DNA from: an uncultured virus (IMG/VR IMGVR_UViG_3300030333_007861)
Lineage: Duplodnaviria > Heunggongvirae > Uroviricota > Caudoviricetes
Virus record (IMG/VR): IMGVR_UViG_3300030333_007861
Direction: 5' to 3' (one strand)
DNA length: 64,000 nucleotides
This document shows, in pieces, positions 1 to 9,682 of this stretch; positions within the stretch are counted from its first letter, which is position 1, and each line of letters starts with the position of its first letter. The translations under genes were made by a program, and so were the position numbers. Under the pieces are notes generated by a model. The model saw only the letters and a list, made by a program, of their open reading frames with translations, did no database searches and had not been told where the DNA came from.

Positions 1-2
1 AC

Positions 3-122
3 GCTCACCCTCGACAGACCTCTGCCCCGACAGGGGCTACTGAGGCTGACCCTGATGATGACCCCACCCTCTGGGGTGCTCACCCTATTGGGTTGCTCGC
101 ACCACGGAGGGGTCATCAGTGA
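3..122 (+). CDS. 3' end of a truncated upstream hypothetical protein (AHPRQTSAP...RRGHQ*)
   Basis: Open frame from the window edge to TGA 120-122, which overlaps ATG 122 of the next gene (TGATG coupling). Confidence 0.6.
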   Translation, partial: AHPRQTSAPTGATEADPDDDPTLWGAHPIGLLAPRRGHQ

Positions 123-1903
123 TGTTCCCTGACACCATTCTCAAAGGTGAAGGGGTCGAATTCGTTGACCCTGAAACTGATGAGGTCCATCGTGTAAGAT
201 TTGCTGATGAGGATAATCCCTTTCTTAATGACTATTCTCATTTCCATCTCCATCCTGAGACAGGAGAGCCTATTCAGGGAATAGTCGGGCGCTGGCCAAT
301 GGAGGGAGTTGCTCATAAATTAGCACTTGATATAATGAGAGCGAATGGAATACCGCAAGACATGTGGCACGATGGTCAAACATATCGTCCCTATTTGACA
401 CTGGCACACCAACTCATTAATGCGGCAGTCAGTGACTTCAACAGTAAAATGCGTAAACATAGTGCTACCCATGCTTTACCCCTCCCTTTCGAAGATGGTA
501 AATTACACCCTGAGTGGGCTAAGAACCATTTCGCCCCTTATTTGAAAGATAATATACCACTGCATGAAAGGCCGACGCGGTTAGAATCTGGCGGCATACA
601 CACTTTGCATATGAATAACGCCCCTCATCCTAAGCGTGGTCATTTCCCAGAAAGTGCGACCTTACCTTTCTTTAGAGAACTTCGTGAGCGAATCAATAAA
701 GCGGCAGCGTATATGTTCGGTGACGCGAAGGCCATACCTTCAGCACTTGGTGGTGACCCCCATGTGGAGCCTCACCATTTCTTATTAGACGCGAACGGGA
801 ACACTTTCTTCGATAGAAAGCGTACTGCTGCACAAGGCGCAATTGATAGTTTCGCGCAAGGTAAAAGAAGTGCAGACATCGAACTCGCCCCTCAGCATCT
901 TTTACAAATAGTACCGAATGAGTTCTTTTCTTCTCAGGCGCATCACCTTTCAGGTGGCCCTAAAGCGATAGAGAGAGGAGTGAAGGCAGGTCTTGATAGA
1001 GAACAGACCGCTGCTATTGTGGGAACCCCACTGGGTGAATTAGTTGCTGCTTCCAGAGCACCTGATAAGAACCCAGCAAGGAGTCGCTTCACAAAAGTAC
1101 TTCGTCAATTCCAAGATATGGGAGATATGGGGGAAGGTGGGGAGAATAGAGACCGTTTAGCCCGTATGATGGGAAGGATACGCAGTCATTCTGGTTGGGG
1201 AGGAGGTAAAGGTATGTTCAATGCGGCGAAAGAACTCACTGCTACAATGTTAGTCTTGCGTGAAATGGGAGCGTCTTTGAATATGGACCGAACGCAGGTA
1301 ACTCCGAAAGTATATGGGAGTATGGAGAAATTCTTACAGCACTATGGGCCTGATGATGTTGAAACTCTAACGGTCTCCCCTACTGAAGAAGAGCCTGAAC
1401 GAAAAGTGGAACAACAAAACGTGTTCAATGTAGCACAGCAAGCACCACATGTCGTTTTTCAACAACACGCGCCAATGGATGTGCCCCGTGTAGAGCCACG
1501 AGTAATGGCACCACCAGTGGTTCAGGAGCAACCACCGGTTCAGGAGCAACCACCACCGGTTCAGGCGCAACTACCTACAAGGCAAGTGAGGGTAGTACCT
1601 CCTGAGGAAGAGCAGACGCCACTTTCTGATGTGGACGCGGGTGGTTTTCGAATTATAAGGGGTGCGACCGATTCACTGTATAATATCATGGAGAGGCTTC
1701 AGGTCAGTGAAGCCCAATTGGATGATATGCTTATGAAATCTTTACCTAATTCAAAAGATGTCTCTTCGCTCGCTTCTCATTACAATATCACTGAGCAAGA
1801 TGTTCGTGCAGTTCAACATGGTGCAGGTGATTGGGAAAAATTAGCGAAAGCATTACATCTATCATATGATGTGGTTCGTGCGATTAAGGTGGCCTCTCGA
1901 TGA
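119..1903 (+). CDS. Hypothetical protein, putative virion/head-associated (start probably ATG 122)
   Basis: 594-aa ORF coupled to both neighbours; P/Q-rich linker; no recognisable catalytic motif. Confidence 0.75.
   Translation: MMFPDTILKGEGVEFVDPETDEVHRVRFADEDNPFLNDYSHFHLHPETGEPIQGIVGRWPMEGVAHKLALDIMRANGIPQDMWHDGQTYRPYLTLAHQLINAAVSDFNSKMRKHSATHALPLPFEDGKLHPEWAKNHFAPYLKDNIPLHERPTRLESGGIHTLHMNNAPHPKRGHFPESATLPFFRELRERINKAAAYMFGDAKAIPSALGGDPHVEPHHFLLDANGNTFFDRKRTAAQGAIDSFAQGKRSADIELAPQHLLQIVPNEFFSSQAHHLSGGPKAIERGVKAGLDREQTAAIVGTPLGELVAASRAPDKNPARSRFTKVLRQFQDMGDMGEGGENRDRLARMMGRIRSHSGWGGGKGMFNAAKELTATMLVLREMGASLNMDRTQVTPKVYGSMEKFLQHYGPDDVETLTVSPTEEEPERKVEQQNVFNVAQQAPHVVFQQHAPMDVPRVEPRVMAPPVVQEQPPVQEQPPPVQAQLPTRQVRVVPPEEEQTPLSDVDAGGFRIIRGATDSLYNIMERLQVSEAQLDDMLMKSLPNSKDVSSLASHYNITEQDVRAVQHGAGDWEKLAKALHLSYDVVRAIKVASR
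1505..1572 (+). repeat. Short in-frame repeats (ggttcaggagcaaccacc; PPVQEQ)
   Basis: Three imperfect copies visible. Confidence 0.75.
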
Positions 1904-3540
1904 CTGACGTGACTTGGGAAGATTATGAAGTTGCGTGTATAGCACGCGGGGAATTGGATGCCACTGTCGATTTCCTTCTCAAAATGGATGCTGCTGAAGA
2001 CGTCTGGGAATATGTACTCTTCAATAATGATTCAGAACTTATTTCGAAAGCGAATCAATCATTCGATGTTATAGAGAAACAAAATACTGAGCAAATGCAG
2101 CAACAACAGCAACAACAACAGCAACTGCAACAACAGCAACCGCAAACAGTGCAGGACATGGCACAAATGCCAGCCGGTGCTACAACTCAATACAATATTC
2201 GCCCTGCTGCTGGCCAGCCCCCAGCATTTCATACTCCCCATTCCCCTCATACTTGGAGAGGCAGAATGGCGCGCCGACAGATGGCCCGTCAAATGGGTCA
2301 AGAGAGAAAGCCCGGTGAAGGATATGAAATTGGGGGTGTGGATGTTGGGCGTGGGATACGTGGGAGAATGGGAGACGCTTGGCGTGGTCTGACCCAAAAG
2401 CCGAGAGAAGCGATGGGGAGGTTCCGAGAAGGAGTTAGGGGAGTGAGAGATGAACGCGCTCAACGGGCCCATGATAAGTCCACTGAGAGAATGAGGCGGC
2501 GCGGCCTTCTACCTGATGCTGCTGCTCCACCTGATGCTGCTGCTCCACCTGATGCTGCTGCTCCACCTGATGCTGCACCTGTTACATCTGATGCTGCACC
2601 TGTTACATCTGATGCTCGTGGACATAGGTTTCACGACCCTTGGATGGGTGCTGAATTAGAGGGACTCTCTGAGGATGAAATCTTCGACAGAATAAATAGT
2701 ATGTCAGATGAAGACAAAGTAAAATGGCTAAAACAACTACAAGTAGTAAATCCACAAGGAGAAGTAGTACCACGAGGAGAAACAGGAGCACCACCATCTG
2801 ATGTTAATCAAGATGCTCTGAATGCAGCAATGGATAACATCAAGGGTTTAGGTCAAACTGCCACTGAGGTTAAACCACCTCGAATTGAGGAACCTAAAGT
2901 ACCGCCAGTTGAAGAAGTAAAGGAGCCTGAAGAAAAGGAGACTGATTTCATTACAGAAGCACTCAATGCCGTGTACAAACCCGGCAAGTCTCGTAAAGCC
3001 AGAGAGGCGCAAATGAGAGAGGGTGACTTTGGGGGAGTCATGCCGGAGGGTATGACACGTGAAGGTCTTGACCAATATATGGGAGGATTCGGGATTAGAC
3101 ACACTAACAGGCAGAAGATAGCAGACATGCTTGCTGAGAGATGGAACTTATCACCCGCAGAGGCAGAAGAAATGGCAGAGGAAGCGGTCAATAATGAAAC
3201 TGCAAATGATGGCCTTGGTGCTGCCCTTGATTCGTTGTCGGCGGGGAGGGCTGATTCTCCTGCAGCACAAGGTGGTGGTGGGATGGCTGACCCTTCCGAA
3301 TTACTATTCGAGCGAGTGCAACAACAGAAGGACATTCGTGAAGGTAGAATGGACCCTAATGATTTAACACCTGTAGGAGAGATGGGATTAGACCCTGATA
3401 CTGAGAAGACAATGCAAATGTTTGACAAGGTACAAGCAGAGAAAAGGAAAAGAATGGGAAGGGAAGGAAACGTCGAAACTTCAGCAGACCCTCTTAGCCT
3501 CGCATGGAATCATCTTAGTCTATTGAAGCGCAGGGTCTGA
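1900..3540 (+). CDS. Hypothetical low-complexity protein (polyQ, PDAAAP repeats) with C-terminal DPLSLAWNHLSLLK tag
   Basis: 546-aa ORF with ATGA overlap, immediately upstream of the terminase. Confidence 0.75.
   Translation: MTDVTWEDYEVACIARGELDATVDFLLKMDAAEDVWEYVLFNNDSELISKANQSFDVIEKQNTEQMQQQQQQQQQLQQQQPQTVQDMAQMPAGATTQYNIRPAAGQPPAFHTPHSPHTWRGRMARRQMARQMGQERKPGEGYEIGGVDVGRGIRGRMGDAWRGLTQKPREAMGRFREGVRGVRDERAQRAHDKSTERMRRRGLLPDAAAPPDAAAPPDAAAPPDAAPVTSDAAPVTSDARGHRFHDPWMGAELEGLSEDEIFDRINSMSDEDKVKWLKQLQVVNPQGEVVPRGETGAPPSDVNQDALNAAMDNIKGLGQTATEVKPPRIEEPKVPPVEEVKEPEEKETDFITEALNAVYKPGKSRKAREAQMREGDFGGVMPEGMTREGLDQYMGGFGIRHTNRQKIADMLAERWNLSPAEAEEMAEEAVNNETANDGLGAALDSLSAGRADSPAAQGGGGMADPSELLFERVQQQKDIREGRMDPNDLTPVGEMGLDPDTEKTMQMFDKVQAEKRKRMGREGNVETSADPLSLAWNHLSLLKRRV
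2512..2616 (+). repeat. Tandem repeats: 3x18 bp (cctgatgctgctgctcca) then 2x21 bp ((c/t)ctgatgctgcacctgttaca)
   Basis: Read directly; in frame (PDAAAP / DAAPVTS). Confidence 0.9.
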
Positions 3541-3551
3541 GGTGGTGACCT

Positions 3552-4949
3552 CTGCAACAGGTTTCTCCTGATGTCATCCAAGATATCGATTGGGCGATGT
3601 GTAAGAAGGATTTCCAATTCTTCTTTGAGCAGATTCTCGAATTTCAACTGGCAGGGCATCATAAGAGATGGTTCGAAAATCTCACCACGCATAAGAGATA
3701 CTGTGTGAAAGCAGCGCGTGACCATGGGAAATCAACGCTGTTCCTCGCATATGTATTATGGAAAGTAATCTTCAATAAGAAGACAGACGCTATGATTTTC
3801 AGTCACAGTCTACATCAATCCATTGCCCATATGCGTACTTTGAACGACCTCATTGACGGGGTACCTATGTTCAGAGAATTAAAGGCGCATGACTCTTGGT
3901 CGAAGACTTTCTTCGGTTTCAAGAATGGTAGTCGCATCAGCGCTAAATCAGTTGGTGGGGCTGTACGTGGCGCTCACCCTGACCTCATTCTATGTGATGA
4001 CATTTTATGGGGTACTACAGATACTGAACTCTCACGTGTCGCGTCTTGGTTCTATGAAGTCTTGACTCCTACTCTGCATCACACTGCACAATTATGCATA
4101 GTGGGAACACCATTCACACCGACTGATTTGTACACAGAATTGGAACGTAGAGATGGGTACCTTGTCGAGACTTATCCTGCCATCAATGAGAAAGGGGTAG
4201 CGCTTTGGCCAGAGCGATGGTCTTTGGAAGCGCTTGATGAAAGAAGGAAGGATATGCCTGCTATTGCTTTCACACGTGAATATCTCTGTGAGCCGATGGA
4301 CGATATGTCCAGTTTATTCCCTTCCACTATACTACAAGCGGCCAAGAATCGTGATTTGATTCTCTCTGAGCGCTCTACTGGAGACCCAGATGACCAGTAT
4401 TTCGTGGGTTGGGACCCTGCAATATCATCTGATAGGCAGGCTGATTATACTGTGATGGTTGTTCTGCGCCGCCCCTCTTCTAATCCTGAGCAATTGGAAC
4501 TCGTTCATGTCCTTAGAAGAAAGGGTATGGACTTTCGCGCCCAGATAAATGAGATTCAGAGAATCAATTCCCGTTTTGGTCCTGAAGTCATTGAACTTGA
4601 ATCGAATCATTTTCAGCGTGTATTCGCCACTGAATTACGCGCTGATACAGATTTACCGGTTAAGACTTTCATATCAACTAAACAGAGGAGGGAATCCTTA
4701 CTCATGGGTCTGGTTATGAGATTCGAGAATGGGCAACTCATTCTCCCATGGGGTGATGAGCGCTCTCGGGATGTGACCAGTACTTTAGAGCGTGAACTTC
4801 TGATGTTCGGTATGTCTAAGCGTGGTCGATTGCAGAGCATTGCGAGGCACGATGACTTTGCCATGGCGCTCGCACTCGCTCATTGGGGCACGACAGAATT
4901 CCGTGAGCGTGTTATCGACCTTGATGATTTGATGGAGGGATTGATTTGA
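3552..4949 (+). CDS. terL: Terminase large subunit (start CTG 3552 or ATG 3597)
   Basis: Walker A AARDHGKS, Walker B LILCDD, coupling motif VGTP, RNase H-like nuclease motifs GWDPA and HDDFAMA. Confidence 0.95.
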   Translation: MQQVSPDVIQDIDWAMCKKDFQFFFEQILEFQLAGHHKRWFENLTTHKRYCVKAARDHGKSTLFLAYVLWKVIFNKKTDAMIFSHSLHQSIAHMRTLNDLIDGVPMFRELKAHDSWSKTFFGFKNGSRISAKSVGGAVRGAHPDLILCDDILWGTTDTELSRVASWFYEVLTPTLHHTAQLCIVGTPFTPTDLYTELERRDGYLVETYPAINEKGVALWPERWSLEALDERRKDMPAIAFTREYLCEPMDDMSSLFPSTILQAAKNRDLILSERSTGDPDDQYFVGWDPAISSDRQADYTVMVVLRRPSSNPEQLELVHVLRRKGMDFRAQINEIQRINSRFGPEVIELESNHFQRVFATELRADTDLPVKTFISTKQRRESLLMGLVMRFENGQLILPWGDERSRDVTSTLERELLMFGMSKRGRLQSIARHDDFAMALALAHWGTTEFRERVIDLDDLMEGLI

Positions 4950-4956
4950 GTATTAA

Positions 4957-6441
4957 TTGGTTGGAGGATATAGAATGACATGGGGGAGTATGCTTGTTGG
5001 TGATGATTACGATGTTGTCATCAAGACTGATGAGACTGACCCTGACCGACTTTGGGTCATTAAGCAATTAGCGCAGCACCCTTTACTTAAACAGGGTGCT
5101 ATAGCAAGCCCCTCTTTCGGTGACGCGCCGACGACTGGGACTAATGAAGGGAGCAACATCCTTCCGGGAGGGCAACCTGAATTAGAGGACCCAAAGAAGA
5201 AAAGAGAAAGGGAAGACCAAATACGTCAAGTGATGGGTAATATCAAAAATTCTTCAGATGGGTGGTTCGAGACCTATATGGGCAACACTGCTGAAGGGCT
5301 TGTGAAGAATCTCCGTATGCAACGTAGAGTGAATAAAGAGATGAAGGAAGATATCGACCATGCTATAGATGCAATTCGTATCATGAAGCGTTTAGAAGTC
5401 GAAGAGACACTCAAAGGTATTCCGTGGACACATGGGCATATAGAGGCTGTCAAATCCCTCGGTGTATCAGAGCGGGATTTGAAGAGTCTCAGAAAATTCG
5501 GAGAAGCGCGAGAAGTTTCTCTACGCCAAGCATGTCAACAATGGGAGGAGGCCAATGGTCTCATCACGAAATTATCCCAAGTCAGTGGTGATTGGGATGA
5601 AGAACAAAGGAATCTATGGGTTGATGCTATACAGAAGAGGAAAGATGCGAGGAAGTCGTGGAAGAACACCCTTCATCAGACAGATAATCTACAGAAAAGA
5701 GAGGCTATGTGGCTGACTAAGGCAGTCCAACTTATGGAAGAGAAAGGACCTATGGATTCGCGCTCAATTCTCCATCATCTCACAGTAGATGATGCTCGTA
5801 ATACTGGTTTGAGTAGTTCTAAACTCGGAGCCTTATTGAAAACATATGGGCCTGAATATGATATAGTGAAGTCAGGGAAGAGATGGGACCTTGACGATGT
5901 AATACCGGGGCTTCTACTCAAAGACCCATGGGCTTACGCTGCTGGGTTCTTAGATGCTGATGGTTATATCACCATCACGAAAAGAGGAGAGCCACGTGCT
6001 GGAATCATAGCCACTGGTGAGAGGGGGAAGTGGCACTGTGAACAGTTACACAAGAATCTTGAATGTGGCATTCTACAACTTGATTTGAAAGTACACAAGA
6101 ATAGTACACGAAGTCAACACCGCCTTCAGTTCTACTCAGCGAAGGATTTACGCACCCTCTTGAAAGGTATCCGTCCCCACCTTCGTATGAAAAAGGGGCA
6201 AGCGGATGCAGTCCTTGAACTATTAACATTGAGGGGGCGCGATGGCGACCTTATCAGTAAACGCCGAGATGAATTATATCGTGTAGTTAAATGGGAGAAT
6301 TGGAAAGACGACCCTGTTAAGAAGGAAGAACTTCTCAGGGAGTGGAATGTTGATGAAGGGGAGGTCTCTTCGTGGGTTCAACGTGACCCTGACGTCATCC
6401 AACTTATCGATGACGCGTCGCGATTAATGGAGGCGATTTGA
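4957..6441 (+). CDS. Protein with C-terminal LAGLIDADG endonuclease-like domain (start likely ATG 4975)
   Basis: YAAGFLDADGYI motif followed by typical ...L.P.L..KK.QA..(V/L)LE segment; N-terminal part helical/coiled-coil. Confidence 0.8.
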   Translation: MVGGYRMTWGSMLVGDDYDVVIKTDETDPDRLWVIKQLAQHPLLKQGAIASPSFGDAPTTGTNEGSNILPGGQPELEDPKKKREREDQIRQVMGNIKNSSDGWFETYMGNTAEGLVKNLRMQRRVNKEMKEDIDHAIDAIRIMKRLEVEETLKGIPWTHGHIEAVKSLGVSERDLKSLRKFGEAREVSLRQACQQWEEANGLITKLSQVSGDWDEEQRNLWVDAIQKRKDARKSWKNTLHQTDNLQKREAMWLTKAVQLMEEKGPMDSRSILHHLTVDDARNTGLSSSKLGALLKTYGPEYDIVKSGKRWDLDDVIPGLLLKDPWAYAAGFLDADGYITITKRGEPRAGIIATGERGKWHCEQLHKNLECGILQLDLKVHKNSTRSQHRLQFYSAKDLRTLLKGIRPHLRMKKGQADAVLELLTLRGRDGDLISKRRDELYRVVKWENWKDDPVKKEELLREWNVDEGEVSSWVQRDPDVIQLIDDASRLMEAI

Positions 6442-8288
6442 TGGTAGAAAGACAATCCAGAATTGGGCGTTTCGTCTCTCGTCTGACGAAGCCTTTCCGT
6501 TCACGTTCTACTCCTGAGCCCATCATGCCTCTTTGGAAATCTGGCATACAAGAGCCGGTACTTGTCCAAGGAGTCAGCATACCTGCCCTTTACGCTACTG
6601 TTCAGGAAAGTATCATTCTCCGCACCACTATCAATACACTCTGTCAGGAGATTTTCAGGCGCGGTTACTATATCCAGAAGAAATTCCATAAGAAATGTAA
6701 GAATTGTGATGAGGAATATCAACATGATACTGTTGAGACTTGTAGTATCTGTGGCATGGATGAGTTTGATAGCCCCAATGCTGACGAGGTGCTCTATCTG
6801 AGGTATCTATTACAGCAGAAGAATAGTATGGACCAATCATTCATGGATGTCATGCGTGAAGTGGAATGGGACCTTGACATCGTTGATGATGCATTCATTG
6901 TCCTTGTGAAAGACTACTATCTCGATAAGGAGAGTGGTGAGATACGCTTCTATCGTGTTAGGGAAATGCTTCGAGGGGACCCCACATTCTTCCGTATTGT
7001 GGCAGATAAGAAGGGAGTGAGGGGAGGGCGATATCTCATCTGCCCAATACACAGGGGCCGCACATATCCCCATGGTCAGGGCAACGATACTTGTGAAGAT
7101 TGTAAATTACCATTGCAGGACGTACACTTTGTCAATACTGCAGGGAGTGGGAAGACCCAGTATTATATTGACGGGGAAGTTATGCATATCAGTAAATACA
7201 ACCCATCTAAACTCTATGGTAGAAGCCCTGTGGCTACTATGTGGAGACAAGCCACTACTCTTGCAGCCATGGATAATTACATGTATCTCGCTTATCAGAA
7301 ACGTAGGATTCCGAGAGGCGTACTTGCTATATCTACAGATAATATTCAATCCACTGCTGCTTTTTGGAAAGGAGCAGAAGAAAAAATGGAAAGGGACCCT
7401 CACTATATCCCGAAGGTAGGTGTTGAAAGTCAAAGTGGGCGCGGGAGAGTAGAGTTCGTCCGTTTCATGGACACCCTTGATGAGATGCAATACGCTCAGG
7501 TTCGTGATGAACTTCGTATGCGTATTGCAGCGTTCTATGGAGTGTCTAATATTTTCATGATGGATGCAGGGAAGGGTGGAGGTCTCAACAATGAAGGTAT
7601 GCAGATTCTCGTGACCAACAGGGCAGTGGAATTCGGACAGAAACTCTACGCTCGTGAATTATTCCCGCGTTTCCTTGAGCAGTTAAACATCAATGATTGG
7701 GAACTCACTCTCTATCCAAACGAGGAAGAGGACGATGTTACTCGTCTTCGGAGAGATGAGATGGAAGTGAATATTGCTCAAAGAATGCAAGCACTTGGGT
7801 TCCAAGCAGAACTTACAGAAGATGCTGGGAGAGATATCAGATTCGTTTACACCAAATTACCACCACAACCTCAACCCCCTGCCGGTGGGCCTGCAGGGGG
7901 ACCTCCAATGATGGGCGGCGCACCTCCTCCCATGACGGGCGGCGCCCCGCCGATGATGCCAATGAGAGGGAATGTCCCTCCTCCCGCTGGCGGAGGCGGG
8001 GCACCTATGCCCGGTAGGGCTATGCCTGTGGGCGGGGGAGTCCCTCCCGGGGGCGCCCCTATCATGACAATGGAGAAGTCAACGAATATGGGTCTTGGTG
8101 AATCCGAAGGGTTGCGTGATAGAGGTCCTGCGCCTGTCAGTTCAGAAACTGCAGCATCAGGTGCACCGAAATCCAAGAAGAACCAGCGTGGACATAAGAA
8201 GACCCCAATGGAGCAAGCGCTCGATGCTATAGATGCGGCGAAAGACCCTGCTAATAAGAACGGTAAAGATTCTAACCTCCCGCGATAG
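6438..8288 (+). CDS. Portal protein with two Cys-rich insertions and a Pro/Gly-rich tail
   Basis: Position after terL; portal-like motifs DLDIVDDAF, EVMHI...LYGRSP, IPRG, IAAFYGV. Confidence 0.88.
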   Translation: MMVERQSRIGRFVSRLTKPFRSRSTPEPIMPLWKSGIQEPVLVQGVSIPALYATVQESIILRTTINTLCQEIFRRGYYIQKKFHKKCKNCDEEYQHDTVETCSICGMDEFDSPNADEVLYLRYLLQQKNSMDQSFMDVMREVEWDLDIVDDAFIVLVKDYYLDKESGEIRFYRVREMLRGDPTFFRIVADKKGVRGGRYLICPIHRGRTYPHGQGNDTCEDCKLPLQDVHFVNTAGSGKTQYYIDGEVMHISKYNPSKLYGRSPVATMWRQATTLAAMDNYMYLAYQKRRIPRGVLAISTDNIQSTAAFWKGAEEKMERDPHYIPKVGVESQSGRGRVEFVRFMDTLDEMQYAQVRDELRMRIAAFYGVSNIFMMDAGKGGGLNNEGMQILVTNRAVEFGQKLYARELFPRFLEQLNINDWELTLYPNEEEDDVTRLRRDEMEVNIAQRMQALGFQAELTEDAGRDIRFVYTKLPPQPQPPAGGPAGGPPMMGGAPPPMTGGAPPMMPMRGNVPPPAGGGGAPMPGRAMPVGGGVPPGGAPIMTMEKSTNMGLGESEGLRDRGPAPVSSETAASGAPKSKKNQRGHKKTPMEQALDAIDAAKDPANKNGKDSNLPR

Positions 8289-8317
8289 TTTCAAGTCAAG
8301 ATGCCTTATCCGAGGTC

Positions 8318-8692
8318 ATGATGAGTGCCCAGAATCTGCTCAGTAAGATGGACCCAATGGTACGTAAGTTAGAGACTGAATTAGAGTCATTCAAAGACGC
8401 TCTCTCCAAAAACGACCTTGTTTCAGCACAGCAGCACCTCAAAGGTATTGCCCAGACCAGTGACTTCCTTGCTGAGGATGTGACTGAGATATACAAATCT
8501 GAAACCAGAGAGGCTTCCAGTATGGGTCCTAATGACATATATGCTGGAGGTGTACCAGTCATGCAGTTCAGAGAACAAGGTGTGATTCAGAAAGGAGAAG
8601 AGCGCCCCGCTGGATATATCGGACCTGATGGAGTCATGAGCAACTGGAAACCACAGTCCGGCTATGGACAGAGGGTTGGTCCTAATGAGTGA
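8318..8692 (+). CDS. Hypothetical head-region protein
   Basis: 124-aa ORF, GAGGT RBS upstream. Confidence 0.7.
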   Translation: MMSAQNLLSKMDPMVRKLETELESFKDALSKNDLVSAQQHLKGIAQTSDFLAEDVTEIYKSETREASSMGPNDIYAGGVPVMQFREQGVIQKGEERPAGYIGPDGVMSNWKPQSGYGQRVGPNE

Positions 8693-9014
8693 TGATGTTA
8701 CAACTCTCGTGTCCGCGCTCATTACTAAGATGGAGCGAATGGATGCCCAGATTGATGTTCTTCGTAAAGAGGTAGCCAATCCTGATATTATTCTGAAGAG
8801 GGCCGGATTGGTCCATGCTCGTTCCCCTACTGCTACTGATGTATGGGGGGACCCATTACGTGGTGATATCGATGAAGTTATTACAAAGGCTGTTGGGGAA
8901 GTAGGTGACTCACCTATCACAATGCCCAATACTAATGAAGAATGGAACGAGATGTCTTGGGATGATATCCATGTCATGGCTGAACAAGCCGCAGGAACTG
9001 AAGGAAGGAATTGA
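8685..9014 (+). CDS. Hypothetical head-region protein, possible small scaffolding protein
   Basis: N-terminal coiled coil; C-terminal MSWDDIH motif shared with the protease/scaffold C-terminus; ATG 8685 preferred over track start 8664. Confidence 0.7.
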   Translation: MSDDVTTLVSALITKMERMDAQIDVLRKEVANPDIILKRAGLVHARSPTATDVWGDPLRGDIDEVITKAVGEVGDSPITMPNTNEEWNEMSWDDIHVMAEQAAGTEGRN

Positions 9015-9670
9015 AGATGAAACCAATGCGAGTAGGGGCGGGTGAATACGCGCCAGATTTAGATGATTTAATGGATAAGGCCAACGACATGTTGGAGAAG
9101 TTAGAACGTGATGATAGCCACATGCAAGACGTTCGCGGGGTAGAAGCCGTTCGACCATCGCATTATTGGACGAATCAAGATTTACCAGAAGACAACATTG
9201 AATCTGTAAGTAAGAAGTCACCTTCTGCTGAGAATGTCAATCTCTTAGATGCTAATCCCCATCAGACAGGCTCTACTGTTAGAGTGCATGAAAACAATGC
9301 TGGTGGCCCANNNNNNNNNNCAGCACATCCTACAGAGGCTCTCACGAAGTCCATTAAAGGGATTCTGAAGGCAGACAAATGCCCTACTTGTGGGAGTAAA
9401 TTAGAGAAGGCCGGGGCCGTATGTAAAGATGTAGAGTGTGCTGAAAAGATGTCAAAAGGCCCTCTTGATGCACTAATGGGTGGTGGAGACGAACCACCTA
9501 TGGATGATGATTCCCCCATGTCCCCTATGGACGATGATGACTCATCAGATGAGAGCGCGGAAGGGCTTGCTTCACGTATCAAGAGCATGGTAGACAAACT
9601 TGCTGATATGAACGATGATGAAGATGAGGATGAACCACCTGAAATGTCGTCACCTGAAGAGGACATGTGA
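9011..9670 (+). CDS. Hypothetical acidic protein with CxxC...C motif (spans N gap 9311-9320)
   Basis: ORF open on both sides of the gap; continuity across the gap is not certain. Confidence 0.55.
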   Translation: MKMKPMRVGAGEYAPDLDDLMDKANDMLEKLERDDSHMQDVRGVEAVRPSHYWTNQDLPEDNIESVSKKSPSAENVNLLDANPHQTGSTVRVHENNAGGPXXXXAHPTEALTKSIKGILKADKCPTCGSKLEKAGAVCKDVECAEKMSKGPLDALMGGGDEPPMDDDSPMSPMDDDDSSDESAEGLASRIKSMVDKLADMNDDEDEDEPPEMSSPEEDM

Positions 9671-9682
9671 GGTGGTGGTCAT

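Noticed and set aside
5920..6300. Intein or intron around the LAGLIDADG domain
   Set aside because: No Cys/Ser start block or His-Asn end, and the flanking terL and portal genes are intact
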